DNA from: Candidatus Altiarchaeota archaeon
Lineage (GTDB): Archaea > Altiarchaeota > Altiarchaeia > IMC4 > QMZM01
NCBI GenBank assembly: GCA_038891095.1
Contig: JAWAEV010000001.1
Location: 164,468 to 228,467, forward strand
DNA: 64,000 nt
Direction of reading: 5' to 3'
Under the pieces are notes generated by a model that saw only the letters and a program-made list of their open reading frames with translations, was not told where the DNA came from and did no database searches. Below are positions 47,722 to 57,018 of this stretch, in pieces. The translations under genes were made by a program, and so were the position numbers. Positions within the stretch are counted from its first letter, which is position 1. Each line of letters begins with the position of its first letter.

Positions 47722-47794
47722 AGAGAACACTAAATCAATAGAATTTACTCAGCAGGGAGAACCATTGGGCTGGATGAAATTTGAGAATGAATAA
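47714..47794 (+). pseudogene. 26-codon mini-ORF resembling a relic Csm5 C-terminus
   Basis: MFEENTKSIEFTQQGEPLGWMKFENE; PLGWMK parallels PIGWVK of csm5; overlaps both neighbours. Confidence 0.55.
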
Positions 47795-48089
47795 AATAAA
47801 TGCAGTAGTTGAGAAACTTAAGGAATATGGAGCGGAGAAGATAATCCTGTTTGGATCAGCTGCAAAGAGAGAGATAGATGAATATAGCGACCTAGATTTT
47901 TTAATGATCAAAAAAACAAGGCTGAGATTTTTGAGAAGATTGATAGAAGTTGGAAAAATTTTGAGAGAATTCGGTAAGGTAGATGTATTTATATATACCC
48001 CTAAAGAATTTGAAAAGATGAAAGAAATGAGAAATCCCTTTATTGAGAGAGCTTTAAAGGAGGGGAAGGTTGTATATGAAAAGAAATAA
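47787..48089 (+). CDS. Minimal nucleotidyltransferase (MNT)
   Basis: IILFGS.A.....SDLD, VD and EGKVVY motifs. Confidence 0.93.
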   Translation: MNKINAVVEKLKEYGAEKIILFGSAAKREIDEYSDLDFLMIKKTRLRFLRRLIEVGKILREFGKVDVFIYTPKEFEKMKEMRNPFIERALKEGKVVYEKK

Positions 48090-48480
48090 AGAAGATGCTT
48101 TAAGATGGTTTGAGCAAGCGAAACATGATTTTAGAGTAGCTGAAAATAATCTTAAATCTGGATTTTATGCAGATGCCTGTTTCATGTGCGAACAAGCTGC
48201 TCAGAAGGCATTGAAGGCATATCTTATCTACAATGGGAGGAGGTATATATGGGAGCATTCAATTCAAGAGTTAGCTAGGTTATCTATGGAACATGAAAAG
48301 AAATTTAGAAAGGTTATAGATGCTGGAATAATCCTTGATAGATTTTATATCCCTACGAGATATCCGGATGCATTAGCTCCACCAGCTATACCTTATAAGT
48401 CATATAGAAAAGAGGATGCATTGGAAGCAATAAAGCTAACTGAAGAAATAATTAGACTGGTGGGTGAAAAACTAAAGTAA
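48076..48480 (+). CDS. HEPN-domain protein (MNT partner, RYP-type)
   Basis: W..QA..D...A, ACF..EQAAQKALKA, HSI.EL and YIPTRYPDA motifs. Confidence 0.92.
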   Translation: MKRNKEDALRWFEQAKHDFRVAENNLKSGFYADACFMCEQAAQKALKAYLIYNGRRYIWEHSIQELARLSMEHEKKFRKVIDAGIILDRFYIPTRYPDALAPPAIPYKSYRKEDALEAIKLTEEIIRLVGEKLK

Positions 48481-48519
48481 AGGAAAAATAGAAGAGGAGA
48501 AAAATTATTTAATTAAGAA

Positions 48520-49827
48520 ATGAAAAAAGTTGCATTATTAATGACTGTTGGAACAGGAATTAAAGGTAGGGAAGAGGAGAGCAGAGATAGTCAAGGGCAC
48601 GGTATCGCTTTTGCTATAGAAAGATCAAATCCAGAAAAGATAGTTTTCTTTTGCACTAAGGAAAGTGAGAAAACTTTAGAGTATGTGTTAAGATATCTTA
48701 AAGATAATAAATTAAAGAAAATTTTTAATAGTTCAGAAAGAATTATGCTTAGAAGCTATTCTGATCCTATTCTTATAATAAGAGATATTAAACCAAAGTT
48801 TGAAGAGGCAAAAAGTAATAATGATAAAATAATTGTAGTTCCTACTTTTGGAACAAAAGCAATGACCTCAGTCATTTTCAACCTTGGAGTTTTATATAAG
48901 TCGGAGCTTTACTCTGTTGAAGGTGATCGCGGAGAGAATGGAATTGTCAAAAAAGGTACTGAAACTTGGCAAGAACAGAACGTATATCTGATTTTTGATA
49001 TGTTTTACTTTGATAAAGTAAAGGATTTTTTTAATAGAAATAACTTTGACGCATCATCTGAATATCTAAACAACATAATTTCAGATAAAATTGAGGAACT
49101 CAAAAAGAGCGAATTAAGAACTTTGATAGAAGGTTTTAGTTCTTGGGATAAATTTGATCATAAAAACGCATATATCAAATTGAAAGAATTAGAGAATGAA
49201 CTCAGGAAAAAGTTTGAGAGTAATATAGAATTTATTAAAGGGATATGTTCACTTGAGCATGAAATAAAAAATTTAGAGAAAAAAGGGAATAAAGATGAGA
49301 ATGTGAAACAAAAAAAGTGCAAATTAATTCAACTTTTGATGATAGATTTACTTGCTAATGCATCTCGCAGAATTTCTGAAGGAAGATATGATGATGCTGT
49401 TGCAAGACTCTACAGGTTGGTAGAGCTAATAGCTCAGTATAGGTTATATTCAAACTATAATCTCTCCACAAATGAATTTTTTGATGAGGTCTCAACATTG
49501 ATGGATCTATATAGGTATAGAGATAAATTTAATAATGAAGGTGAAATGGAAGAATATGTAGATAAGGAAGGCAAGTTAAAGATAGGACTAAAGAAATCTT
49601 ATTCTTTACTTGAAAAACTTGACGATGATATAGGTAAAAAATTTGTAGGAGACGAAGATATGAAAAAATTGTTGGGTATCAGAAATAACTCTATTTTAGC
49701 CCACGGTATAAACCCTGTGGACAAAAAAACTGCTGAAAATTTGTTATCTAAGGTAGAAAATATGATAAAAGGTATAATAGAAAACTACGAAAAATTGATA
49801 GAAGGAGCGAGATTTTCAAAACTTTAA
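48520..49827 (+). CDS. CARF-HEPN accessory ribonuclease (TIGR02710/Csm6-like)
   Basis: LMTVGTG, T.GTKAM, WDKFDH, DLLANA.RR...GRYDDAVARLYR..E and RNNSILAHG motifs. Confidence 0.9.
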   Translation: MKKVALLMTVGTGIKGREEESRDSQGHGIAFAIERSNPEKIVFFCTKESEKTLEYVLRYLKDNKLKKIFNSSERIMLRSYSDPILIIRDIKPKFEEAKSNNDKIIVVPTFGTKAMTSVIFNLGVLYKSELYSVEGDRGENGIVKKGTETWQEQNVYLIFDMFYFDKVKDFFNRNNFDASSEYLNNIISDKIEELKKSELRTLIEGFSSWDKFDHKNAYIKLKELENELRKKFESNIEFIKGICSLEHEIKNLEKKGNKDENVKQKKCKLIQLLMIDLLANASRRISEGRYDDAVARLYRLVELIAQYRLYSNYNLSTNEFFDEVSTLMDLYRYRDKFNNEGEMEEYVDKEGKLKIGLKKSYSLLEKLDDDIGKKFVGDEDMKKLLGIRNNSILAHGINPVDKKTAENLLSKVENMIKGIIENYEKLIEGARFSKL

Positions 49828-49846
49828 AATTTATCCATATTTAATT

Positions 49847-50560
49847 TTATCGTATCGGATTTATAAATCCGAAACCAAAAGAATTTTTCTCACCTAAACC
49901 ACAATCCATTATGAATTCGTAAAATTTTCTGTCTTCTCTTTTTATGTGAAACTTTTCTAAAAGAGACCAAACACTTCCTATAATTATAAACTTTCTATTA
50001 TTTTTTACATTTTCAATAGAAACTTCTTTTTTGAATTTTAATTTATCGAATATTCTCTCCTCAAGGGAATAATTGTCAGAATAAAATGCATTAAATTTTT
50101 TGACAGCGTTTTCCTCTAGTCTTTTAATAAAAAACTCTACGTTTCTATCCCTCTTAAAAGAGTAATAAAGATTTTTCTTGTTATCCTTATAAAGAACTAT
50201 AGGGCTTCCAGATATAAATCTGTTTTTCAATTTTAAATTCACTTCTTTGATATCTTTCACATAAATTTCGTGTGAGCCAAGTTTTAGGACCTCAGCACAC
50301 CTTAGAGACTCAGCTAATGCTTTAATAAAATTTTTGTTCGGTGATGATACCAAAAGCATTTTCGCTTCTTCGTTTTTAAAATCACTCACAGGGAAGATAT
50401 CAGAAAAGCAGAAGAATTTGAATTTTTTTGAGTCGTGAATTTTTGAGAAGTCGTTATCTTTTGTTTTTAGTAGAGAGTATATAAAGCCCTGAACCATGTG
50501 TTTGCTAATCTCCTCATAAGAAAAATCTTCAAGAGGTTCAAAGGTTATGATCAGTCTCAT
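49847..50560 (-). CDS. cas6: CRISPR RNA processing endoribonuclease Cas6
   Basis: QGFIY, H...KFK.FCFS and C-terminal [11 protein letters not shown] loop. Confidence 0.95.
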   Translation of the reverse strand: MRLIITFEPLEDFSYEEISKHMVQGFIYSLLKTKDNDFSKIHDSKKFKFFCFSDIFPVSDFKNEEAKMLLVSSPNKNFIKALAESLRCAEVLKLGSHEIYVKDIKEVNLKLKNRFISGSPIVLYKDNKKNLYYSFKRDRNVEFFIKRLEENAVKKFNAFYSDNYSLEERIFDKLKFKKEVSIENVKNNRKFIIIGSVWSLLEKFHIKREDRKFYEFIMDCGLGEKNSFGFGFINPIR

Positions 50561-51495
50561 TTTAGCAACATTATCCTTGCTAATAAAGCCTCAAGTTGAA
50601 TTCTTTCATTTGCGCCTTCAACAAGTGTAAAGTTTGCTTCTCCTATCAGATCTATAATGCGGACTTTTTTTTCATCTGGAATTTTTAAATTTAAAACTTC
50701 TCTGTTCATTTGTAATAAAATATCTTCGCCGGACATTCCATATTTAAGAATTAGTCTATCAAGCAAATTTCTTGCATCTAAAAATTTTCCTTCTAAGGCC
50801 AAATTTATTAAAGTTTGTATATCCTGTGGATGAGCTTGCGAAGCTATAGCATATACATTTTTCTCATCAACCTTACCAAGAGCTGCCGCTGACTGAAGTA
50901 AATTTATTGCAACTCTCATATCTCCTTCTGAGATATAGACTATAGCATCAATTCCCTCATCTGTGAAATGCACTTTCTCCTTTTCTAAAATTTCTTTAAG
51001 TCTTTTTTCAATTGCCTCTTTTGGAATTTTCTTAAATCTAAAAATAGCGCACCTTGATTGAATTGGCTCGATTATCTTTGATGAGTAATTACAACTTAAG
51101 ATAAATCTTGTCGTTTGAGAATAGCTCTCCATTGTTCTCCTAAGAGCATTCTGTGCTTCTGGTGTAAGAGCATCTGCTTCATCTAAGAAAATAATTTTAA
51201 AATCTCCTGCTAAAGGTTTAGTTCTCGCAAAGTCTTTTATTTTACCACGAACAACTTCGATGCCACGCTCATCACTTGCATTCAATTCAAGAAAATCATA
51301 TCTTATATCATGAAACAATTCCTTTGCAATACAAATTGCAGCAGTTGTTTTTCCAGAGCCTGCAGGACCAGCAAAAAGTAAATGTGGCAGAGATTTTTCT
51401 TTTACATATGCTTCAAGCCTTTCTACAATTGCTTCTTGACCTACAATCTCTTTCAGCCTTTGAGGCCTGTATTTTTCAGTCCAAGGCAATTCCAT
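50557..51495 (-). CDS. rfcS: Replication factor C small subunit
   Basis: [29 protein letters not shown] and QSRC motifs. Confidence 0.97.
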   Translation of the reverse strand: MELPWTEKYRPQRLKEIVGQEAIVERLEAYVKEKSLPHLLFAGPAGSGKTTAAICIAKELFHDIRYDFLELNASDERGIEVVRGKIKDFARTKPLAGDFKIIFLDEADALTPEAQNALRRTMESYSQTTRFILSCNYSSKIIEPIQSRCAIFRFKKIPKEAIEKRLKEILEKEKVHFTDEGIDAIVYISEGDMRVAINLLQSAAALGKVDEKNVYAIASQAHPQDIQTLINLALEGKFLDARNLLDRLILKYGMSGEDILLQMNREVLNLKIPDEKKVRIIDLIGEANFTLVEGANERIQLEALLARIMLLK

Positions 51496-51581
51496 TTTTA
51501 CATTAATGAAATTTAAAAATACATTACTAAGTTATTAGAGTTTATATGTTATAAATTCAGAACTGGATTAAAATTTTGAAA

Positions 51582-54500
51582 ATGTCATATGTAGATCTAC
51601 CAAAACTTGAGGATGAAGTGCAAAAATATTGGAATTCACAAAAAATCTTTGAAGAGGTTTGTAATTCAAGAAAAGGAAAAAAGAAATTTTATTTTTTACA
51701 AGGGCCGCCTTTCACATCAGGAAAGGCACATATAGGACATGCATGGAATCACGCTTTGAAGGATTTTGTGCTTAGATACAAAACAATGCAAGGTTATGAT
51801 GTGTTTAGAAGAGCTGGTTGGGATATGCATGGATTACCAATTGAAGTTAAAGTTGAAGAAGAAGTTTTAAAAAGTAAAAGCAAGAAAGATATTGAGAAAT
51901 TTGGTATAGAAAATTTTGTTTCTGAATGTAAAAAATTTGCAATTAGAAATATGCAGTCAATGACTTCTCAACTTAAGAGATTAGGGGCATGGCTTGATTG
52001 GGATAACCCTTACATGACATTAAACAAAGACTATATTGAAAGTGTTTGGTTTGGAATTAAAAAAGCCCATGAAAAAAATTTACTTTATGAAGACATTCAA
52101 GTTATTCATTGGTGTCCAAGATGTGAAACTGCTCTTGCTGGTTATGAAGCCAAAGACCAATATGAAGAGATTGAAGATTTTTCAATTTATGTAAAAGTTC
52201 AACTTAAAGGAAAGGAAGAGAAAATTTTAATTTGGACAACTACACCATGGACATTACCTGCAAATGTTGCAATTGCTCTGCACCCTGAATTTACTTATGT
52301 GAGAGTTAAATTCAAAGGAGAAATTTTAATTTTAGTAAAAGAAATGCTTGAGAAAGCTCTTGGGGAAGATGCAGAGTATGAAATTTTGAGTGAGATGTCT
52401 GGGCAGGAATTAGATGGATTACAATATGTGCAAATTTTAGATATTCCAATACAAAAAGGAGTTGATCATAGGATAGTAATGGCTCCAAATTTAGTTAATC
52501 TTGAAGAAGGCACTGGTTGTGTTCATATTGCTCCTGGTCATGGTGAAGAAGACTTTGAAGTTGGAAAAATTTACAATTTGCAAGTACTTTCACCTGTTGA
52601 CGAACAAGGGCGTCTTACTGCAGAGCCATATAAAGGAATTAACATAAGGGATGCTAATACTCTCATCATAGAAGATTTAAAAAAGAATGGAACTCTTTTA
52701 AAAGAGGAAAAAATTTATCATAGATATCCACATTGCTGGCGCTGCAAATCTCCTTTGATATTGAGAACAACAAAGCAATGGTTTTTAAGAGTTTCAAGAT
52801 TAGTTGATAGCTTAATTGAGAAAAACAAGGAAATTTCTTGGGTGCCAAAGCACATAGGCTCTGGAAGATTTGAAAATTGGCTTATGAATGCAAAAGACTG
52901 GTGCATTTCAAGGCAAAGATATTGGAACACTCCTTTGCCAATATGGCGCTGTGAATGTGGAAAAATTGAAGTTATTGGTAGCATTAAAGAACTTTCCGAG
53001 AAATCAATAGAAAAGATTGATATTGAAAATTTAGATCTTCATAGGCCTTCAATAGATAAAGTAAAGTTAAGATGTCCTTCTTGCAATAAAGAGATGTTTA
53101 GAGTTAAAGATGTTCTTGATGTTTGGATTGACTCAGGTAGTGCTTCATGGGCTTGTTTAGCTTATCCAAAAGATAAAAAACTCTTTGAGGAGTTATTCCC
53201 AGCCGATTTCATAACAGAAGGCTCTGATCAAACAAGGGGCTGGTTTTACTCACTTTTAGTTTCATCAGTTATAGCATTTGATAGAGTGCCGTATAAGAGA
53301 GTTCTCTATCATGGATTTACCCTTGATGCTGAAGGTAGAAAAATGTCAAAGTCTCTTGGAAATGTGATTGATCCTGATGAGATAATAAAGGAATATGGTG
53401 CTGATATACTTAGATTCTATACTCTCTGGGCAACTGTTCCATGGGAGGATTTAAAATTTTCCTTAAAGGGAGTAGCGACCATTGAAAAAATTTTTAACAT
53501 TCTTCTAAATTCTTTCGAATTCGCAATTAGGTATATGGAGCTTGATAAATTTGAATTTTCAAGTAGCTATAAACCAAAATTGGAAGTTGAAGATAGATGG
53601 ATACTCTCAAGATTTAACTCCTTGATAGAGAAAGTTACAGACTCAATGGAGAATCTATATCCACATGAGGTTACAAGAGAGCTAGCAAACTTTATTGTTT
53701 TTGAACTTAGTAGAATTTATATAAAACTCATTAGAGAGCGTGTGTGGACAGAAAAGGATAAAGAAACAAAAATTGCTGCATATTATACTCTTTATGAAAT
53801 TTTTACTGGATTATCAAAATTGTTGGCTCCAATAGCACCACATATATCAGAGTTTATTTACAGAGAAATGACAAATGAAAAAAGTGTTCATTTAACAAAT
53901 TGGCCAGTTTCGAAAAAGGAAGAGATAGATAAAGAACTTGAAAATGAGATGGAAACTGCAAAGGAGATTATGGAAGCCGTAAAATCTGCAAGACAGAAGG
54001 CAAAAATAAAGTTGAGATGGCCTATAGCAAGGATAGTACTTTCACTTAAGAAAGATTCAAAAATTAAAAATGTAAAAGGAATAATTTTGAGATCTTGTAA
54101 TGCTAAGAGAATTGAAGAAAAAACTTTAGAAGAGGAAGTTGTAGCAAAACCGAATTTTTCTTTCATAGGTCCAAAATTCAAAGATAAAAGTAAACTTATA
54201 GCAGAAGAACTTAAAAAATTAGATGGTAAAAAAATAAAGAAAGAAATTGAAACAAAGGGTAAAGTGAAAATTTTGAATTTCACTCTTGAAAAAAATGACC
54301 TAATTTTTGAAACAAAAATGCCCTCTGATCTAATTGCTGAAGAATTTTCAAAAGGAGTTGTCTATATAGATTCAAAAATTTCAGATGAATTGTATTCTGA
54401 GGCAATGGCAAGGGAAGTTATACGCAGAGTGCAAGAGATGAGAAAAGAATTAAACTTGAATGAATTACAAAAGGTTGATATTTCAATAGAATGCGATAAT

Positions 54501-54641
54501 GAATTTACTAAGTTTATAGGGGAGAATAAAAGCTTTATAGAAAGAGAAACAAGAGCTTTAATAACTGAGAAAAAATTTGATGGCTTTTCTAAGAATTGGA
54601 AAATTGAAGGTAAGGATTTGCGTATAACAATAAAAATATAA
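51582..54641 (+). CDS. ileS: Isoleucine-tRNA ligase
   Basis: GPP...HIGH, GWDMHGLP, WTTTPWTLP, DWCISRQR, DQTRGWF and KMSKS motifs. Confidence 0.97.
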   Translation: MSYVDLPKLEDEVQKYWNSQKIFEEVCNSRKGKKKFYFLQGPPFTSGKAHIGHAWNHALKDFVLRYKTMQGYDVFRRAGWDMHGLPIEVKVEEEVLKSKSKKDIEKFGIENFVSECKKFAIRNMQSMTSQLKRLGAWLDWDNPYMTLNKDYIESVWFGIKKAHEKNLLYEDIQVIHWCPRCETALAGYEAKDQYEEIEDFSIYVKVQLKGKEEKILIWTTTPWTLPANVAIALHPEFTYVRVKFKGEILILVKEMLEKALGEDAEYEILSEMSGQELDGLQYVQILDIPIQKGVDHRIVMAPNLVNLEEGTGCVHIAPGHGEEDFEVGKIYNLQVLSPVDEQGRLTAEPYKGINIRDANTLIIEDLKKNGTLLKEEKIYHRYPHCWRCKSPLILRTTKQWFLRVSRLVDSLIEKNKEISWVPKHIGSGRFENWLMNAKDWCISRQRYWNTPLPIWRCECGKIEVIGSIKELSEKSIEKIDIENLDLHRPSIDKVKLRCPSCNKEMFRVKDVLDVWIDSGSASWACLAYPKDKKLFEELFPADFITEGSDQTRGWFYSLLVSSVIAFDRVPYKRVLYHGFTLDAEGRKMSKSLGNVIDPDEIIKEYGADILRFYTLWATVPWEDLKFSLKGVATIEKIFNILLNSFEFAIRYMELDKFEFSSSYKPKLEVEDRWILSRFNSLIEKVTDSMENLYPHEVTRELANFIVFELSRIYIKLIRERVWTEKDKETKIAAYYTLYEIFTGLSKLLAPIAPHISEFIYREMTNEKSVHLTNWPVSKKEEIDKELENEMETAKEIMEAVKSARQKAKIKLRWPIARIVLSLKKDSKIKNVKGIILRSCNAKRIEEKTLEEEVVAKPNFSFIGPKFKDKSKLIAEELKKLDGKKIKKEIETKGKVKILNFTLEKNDLIFETKMPSDLIAEEFSKGVVYIDSKISDELYSEAMAREVIRRVQEMRKELNLNELQKVDISIECDNEFTKFIGENKSFIERETRALITEKKFDGFSKNWKIEGKDLRITIKI

Positions 54642-54713
54642 TGCATGAGCTAATTGGATTTTTTATTCTTTGAATTTAATATATACTCATACCAAAAATC
54701 AAAGTTTAGAAAA

Positions 54714-55013
54714 ATGAAAGGTTCTCATGGTATGCGAAGAAGAACAAGAAATTTGAAAGTAAATCCAAGAGATAGAGGTAAAATAAATATAAAGAGATAT
54801 TTAAAGAAATTTAATGAGGGCGATACTGTAGCAATTGATATTGATCCAAGATATCAAGCAATTCCATACCCAAAATTTCAAGGTAGATCAGGAAAAGTTG
54901 TTGGAAAGCAAGGCAGAGCTTATTATGTTTTGATAAAAGATGGTAGAAAGGAAAAGAAAATTCTTGTTACTCCGGAACATTTAACTTCCCTTGAATATAA
55001 AAATAAAAAATAA
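54714..55013 (+). CDS. rpl21e: 50S ribosomal protein eL21 (L21e)
   Basis: S.G.RRRTR, F.EGD.V.I.I.P, FQGR.G.V and PEHL motifs; ATG at 54714. Confidence 0.95.
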   Translation: MKGSHGMRRRTRNLKVNPRDRGKINIKRYLKKFNEGDTVAIDIDPRYQAIPYPKFQGRSGKVVGKQGRAYYVLIKDGRKEKKILVTPEHLTSLEYKNKK

Positions 55014-55023
55014 TATATGAAAA

Positions 55024-55368
55024 ATGGAAGTTCTAAAAGAGAGAAATGTTTCATTGCCTGAAGTAAAAAGCATATTAGAAAAGAAAAAGAAAGAATATGC
55101 TGAAAAAAACCAAGAATTAATATATGAGCAAAAAAGAGCTTTAGAGCATGCAAGAAAATATGCAAAGTTGAGCCATAAAGATGCTGAAGAACTAATGAAG
55201 AAACTTGCAAATTTAGAAATAAAATTAACTGAAGAGCAAATAGTTAAGATTATAGATATAATGCCAAAAACTGTTGATGATATCCGCGCTATATTTGCAA
55301 AGGAGAGATTCAAGTATGAGGAATCTAAGATAAAAGAAATTTTAGATCTAATTGATCAGTACAGATGA
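55024..55368 (+). CDS. rpoF: RNA polymerase subunit Rpo4 (F)
   Basis: YEQ..ALEHA and KI.DIMP...DDIRAIF motifs; conserved L21e-rpoF-DUF655 order. Confidence 0.93.
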   Translation: MEVLKERNVSLPEVKSILEKKKKEYAEKNQELIYEQKRALEHARKYAKLSHKDAEELMKKLANLEIKLTEEQIVKIIDIMPKTVDDIRAIFAKERFKYEESKIKEILDLIDQYR

Positions 55369-55410
55369 TCCAAAAAGGTTACTTTCTTCTAAATTTTTGA
55401 TTACTCTCAA

Positions 55411-56013
55411 ATGGACAAAGAAATAAAAAAGGATGAATATGTGAGGATTTTGGATTTTATGCCAAAAGGGAGAGCAGATATGCCACCACATAGAAGAGAG
55501 CCAATAGCACAATCAATAGGTGAAAAATACTTCTCATTGCTAGAGATAATTCCAAGAAGAGGTATGAGTTTTGAAATTGGTGAAAGAGTTTACATTGGTG
55601 AGGGTACTCGTGATAAAGTTGACCATATAGAGCGTAGGATAAAATATGAGCAATTAACACCAATGAGCAAGTCTGAACTACCACATATTCTTGAAAAAAT
55701 TGTTAGAGAAAATGAGAAAAATTATGTTGATTTTTACAATACAGTAGGAATTATTACAACAAGGCAACACAAATTAGAGCTTTTACCAAGAATTGGAAAG
55801 AGACATAGACAAGAAATTCTGAATGAGAGAGAAACAGAGCCATTTAAAAGTTTTGAGGATATGCAAAAAAGAATTAGAAATCTTCCAGATCCTGCAAAAA
55901 TCATTGCTGAGAGGATAATTGATGAGTTGAAAGGTAATGAAAAATACTACTTATTTGTTCCTCCAAGGGAATATGAGCAAAAGAAAAAATTTGCAAAACC
56001 ACTAGTTGATTAA
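55411..56013 (+). CDS. DUF655 family putative RNA-binding protein
   Basis: LDF.P.G, F.LLE, ERVYIG...R.K, H.LELLP.IG and F.SFED motifs. Confidence 0.9.
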   Translation: MDKEIKKDEYVRILDFMPKGRADMPPHRREPIAQSIGEKYFSLLEIIPRRGMSFEIGERVYIGEGTRDKVDHIERRIKYEQLTPMSKSELPHILEKIVRENEKNYVDFYNTVGIITTRQHKLELLPRIGKRHRQEILNERETEPFKSFEDMQKRIRNLPDPAKIIAERIIDELKGNEKYYLFVPPREYEQKKKFAKPLVD

Positions 56014-56119
56014 TTTGCTGAGTAAAATTCAAAAATTTTAATATATATGTAGGAAATACAAAATATTAAGGAGTGATTTTTATTGTAAAGAGGCTAACAA
56101 GGGTAAAGAGGTGATTTAA

Positions 56120-56449
56120 ATGGATGAGCTAATGGGTGAAGAAGAAAAAGAGGTGAAAAAGGAAAAAAAAGTGAAAACTGAAAAAGACAGCAATGTTGTC
56201 TTTATAGGAAAAAAAGGGATAATGAGTTATGTGTTGGCTGTTGTTACACAATTTAACAACGGCGAGAAGGAGGTAGTTATTAAAGCTCGTGGAAGAGCTA
56301 TCTCCAGAGCAGTTGATGTCGCAGAGATTGTAAGACAGAGGTTTGTTAAAGATGTTGAAACAAAGAATATAAGTATTGCAACAGAGGAAATTGAAAGCCA
56401 AGAAGGTCCAGTGAAGGTCTCTGCTATAGAGATAACATTGGCAAAATAG
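56120..56449 (+). CDS. albA: DNA/RNA-binding protein Alba
   Basis: [23 protein letters not shown] and VS.IEI.L motifs. Confidence 0.97.
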   Translation: MDELMGEEEKEVKKEKKVKTEKDSNVVFIGKKGIMSYVLAVVTQFNNGEKEVVIKARGRAISRAVDVAEIVRQRFVKDVETKNISIATEEIESQEGPVKVSAIEITLAK

Positions 56450-56531
56450 AATTTAAGATCTGTAGTATTAAAACTACTTCTTTTTTTATTTTTATTATTT
56501 CTATCCTAATTTTCTTTCTAATTAAATTAGA

Positions 56532-57017
56532 ATGGCATTACCAATATGCTCAATTTGTGCAAAATCAGGAGTGCTATGCAGTGCATGCGAAGCTAAATTA
56601 CAAAATGGTACAATTTCTGCATTAGATGTTGAGCTATCCAGAATTTTATATAAGATAGGTGAGGATATAGAATTCGAGAGGGCAATTGAAACTGAAAATT
56701 TTGTTATAATACTTACAAAGACAGAATATGTAGGAAAGACAATTGGCAAGGGAGGCGAGAATATAAAAATACTTTCAAAGAAGCTGAAAAAGCCTGTCAG
56801 AGTTATTGGCAGTGAAAATTTAGAGAAGATGATATATGACTTCGTCTTTCCTGCAAAAATTTTGGGCATAAGTTTAATCTACAAAGCAGATGGCTCAAAA
56901 AAATATAAAGTAAGAATAGCAAAGAACGATAAGAAAAAATTAAGGATGAGCGTAAGTGAGATCCATAATATTATAGCTTCGATAACAAAGACTGATGTTG
57001 AAATAGTTTTTGAGTAG
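56532..57017 (+). CDS. Zn-finger + KH-domain protein (archaeal NusA-like)
   Basis: PIC..C..SG.LC..C and IGKGG KH loop. Confidence 0.8.
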   Translation: MALPICSICAKSGVLCSACEAKLQNGTISALDVELSRILYKIGEDIEFERAIETENFVIILTKTEYVGKTIGKGGENIKILSKKLKKPVRVIGSENLEKMIYDFVFPAKILGISLIYKADGSKKYKVRIAKNDKKKLRMSVSEIHNIIASITKTDVEIVFE

Positions 57018-57018
57018 A

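Noticed and set aside
47716-47733. GTTTGAAGAGAACACTAA resembling the start of the CRISPR repeat (possible mini-array or anti-repeat)
   Set aside because: Only a gapped partial match without the GGAAAC end; better explained as csm5-relic coding sequence.
40194-50560. Reverse transcriptase, cas4, dedicated ring nuclease or membrane effector in the CRISPR locus
   Set aside because: No ORF with the corresponding motifs was seen in the window.
50557-54641. Inteins in RFC small subunit or IleRS
   Set aside because: Both proteins have normal length and contiguous motifs.
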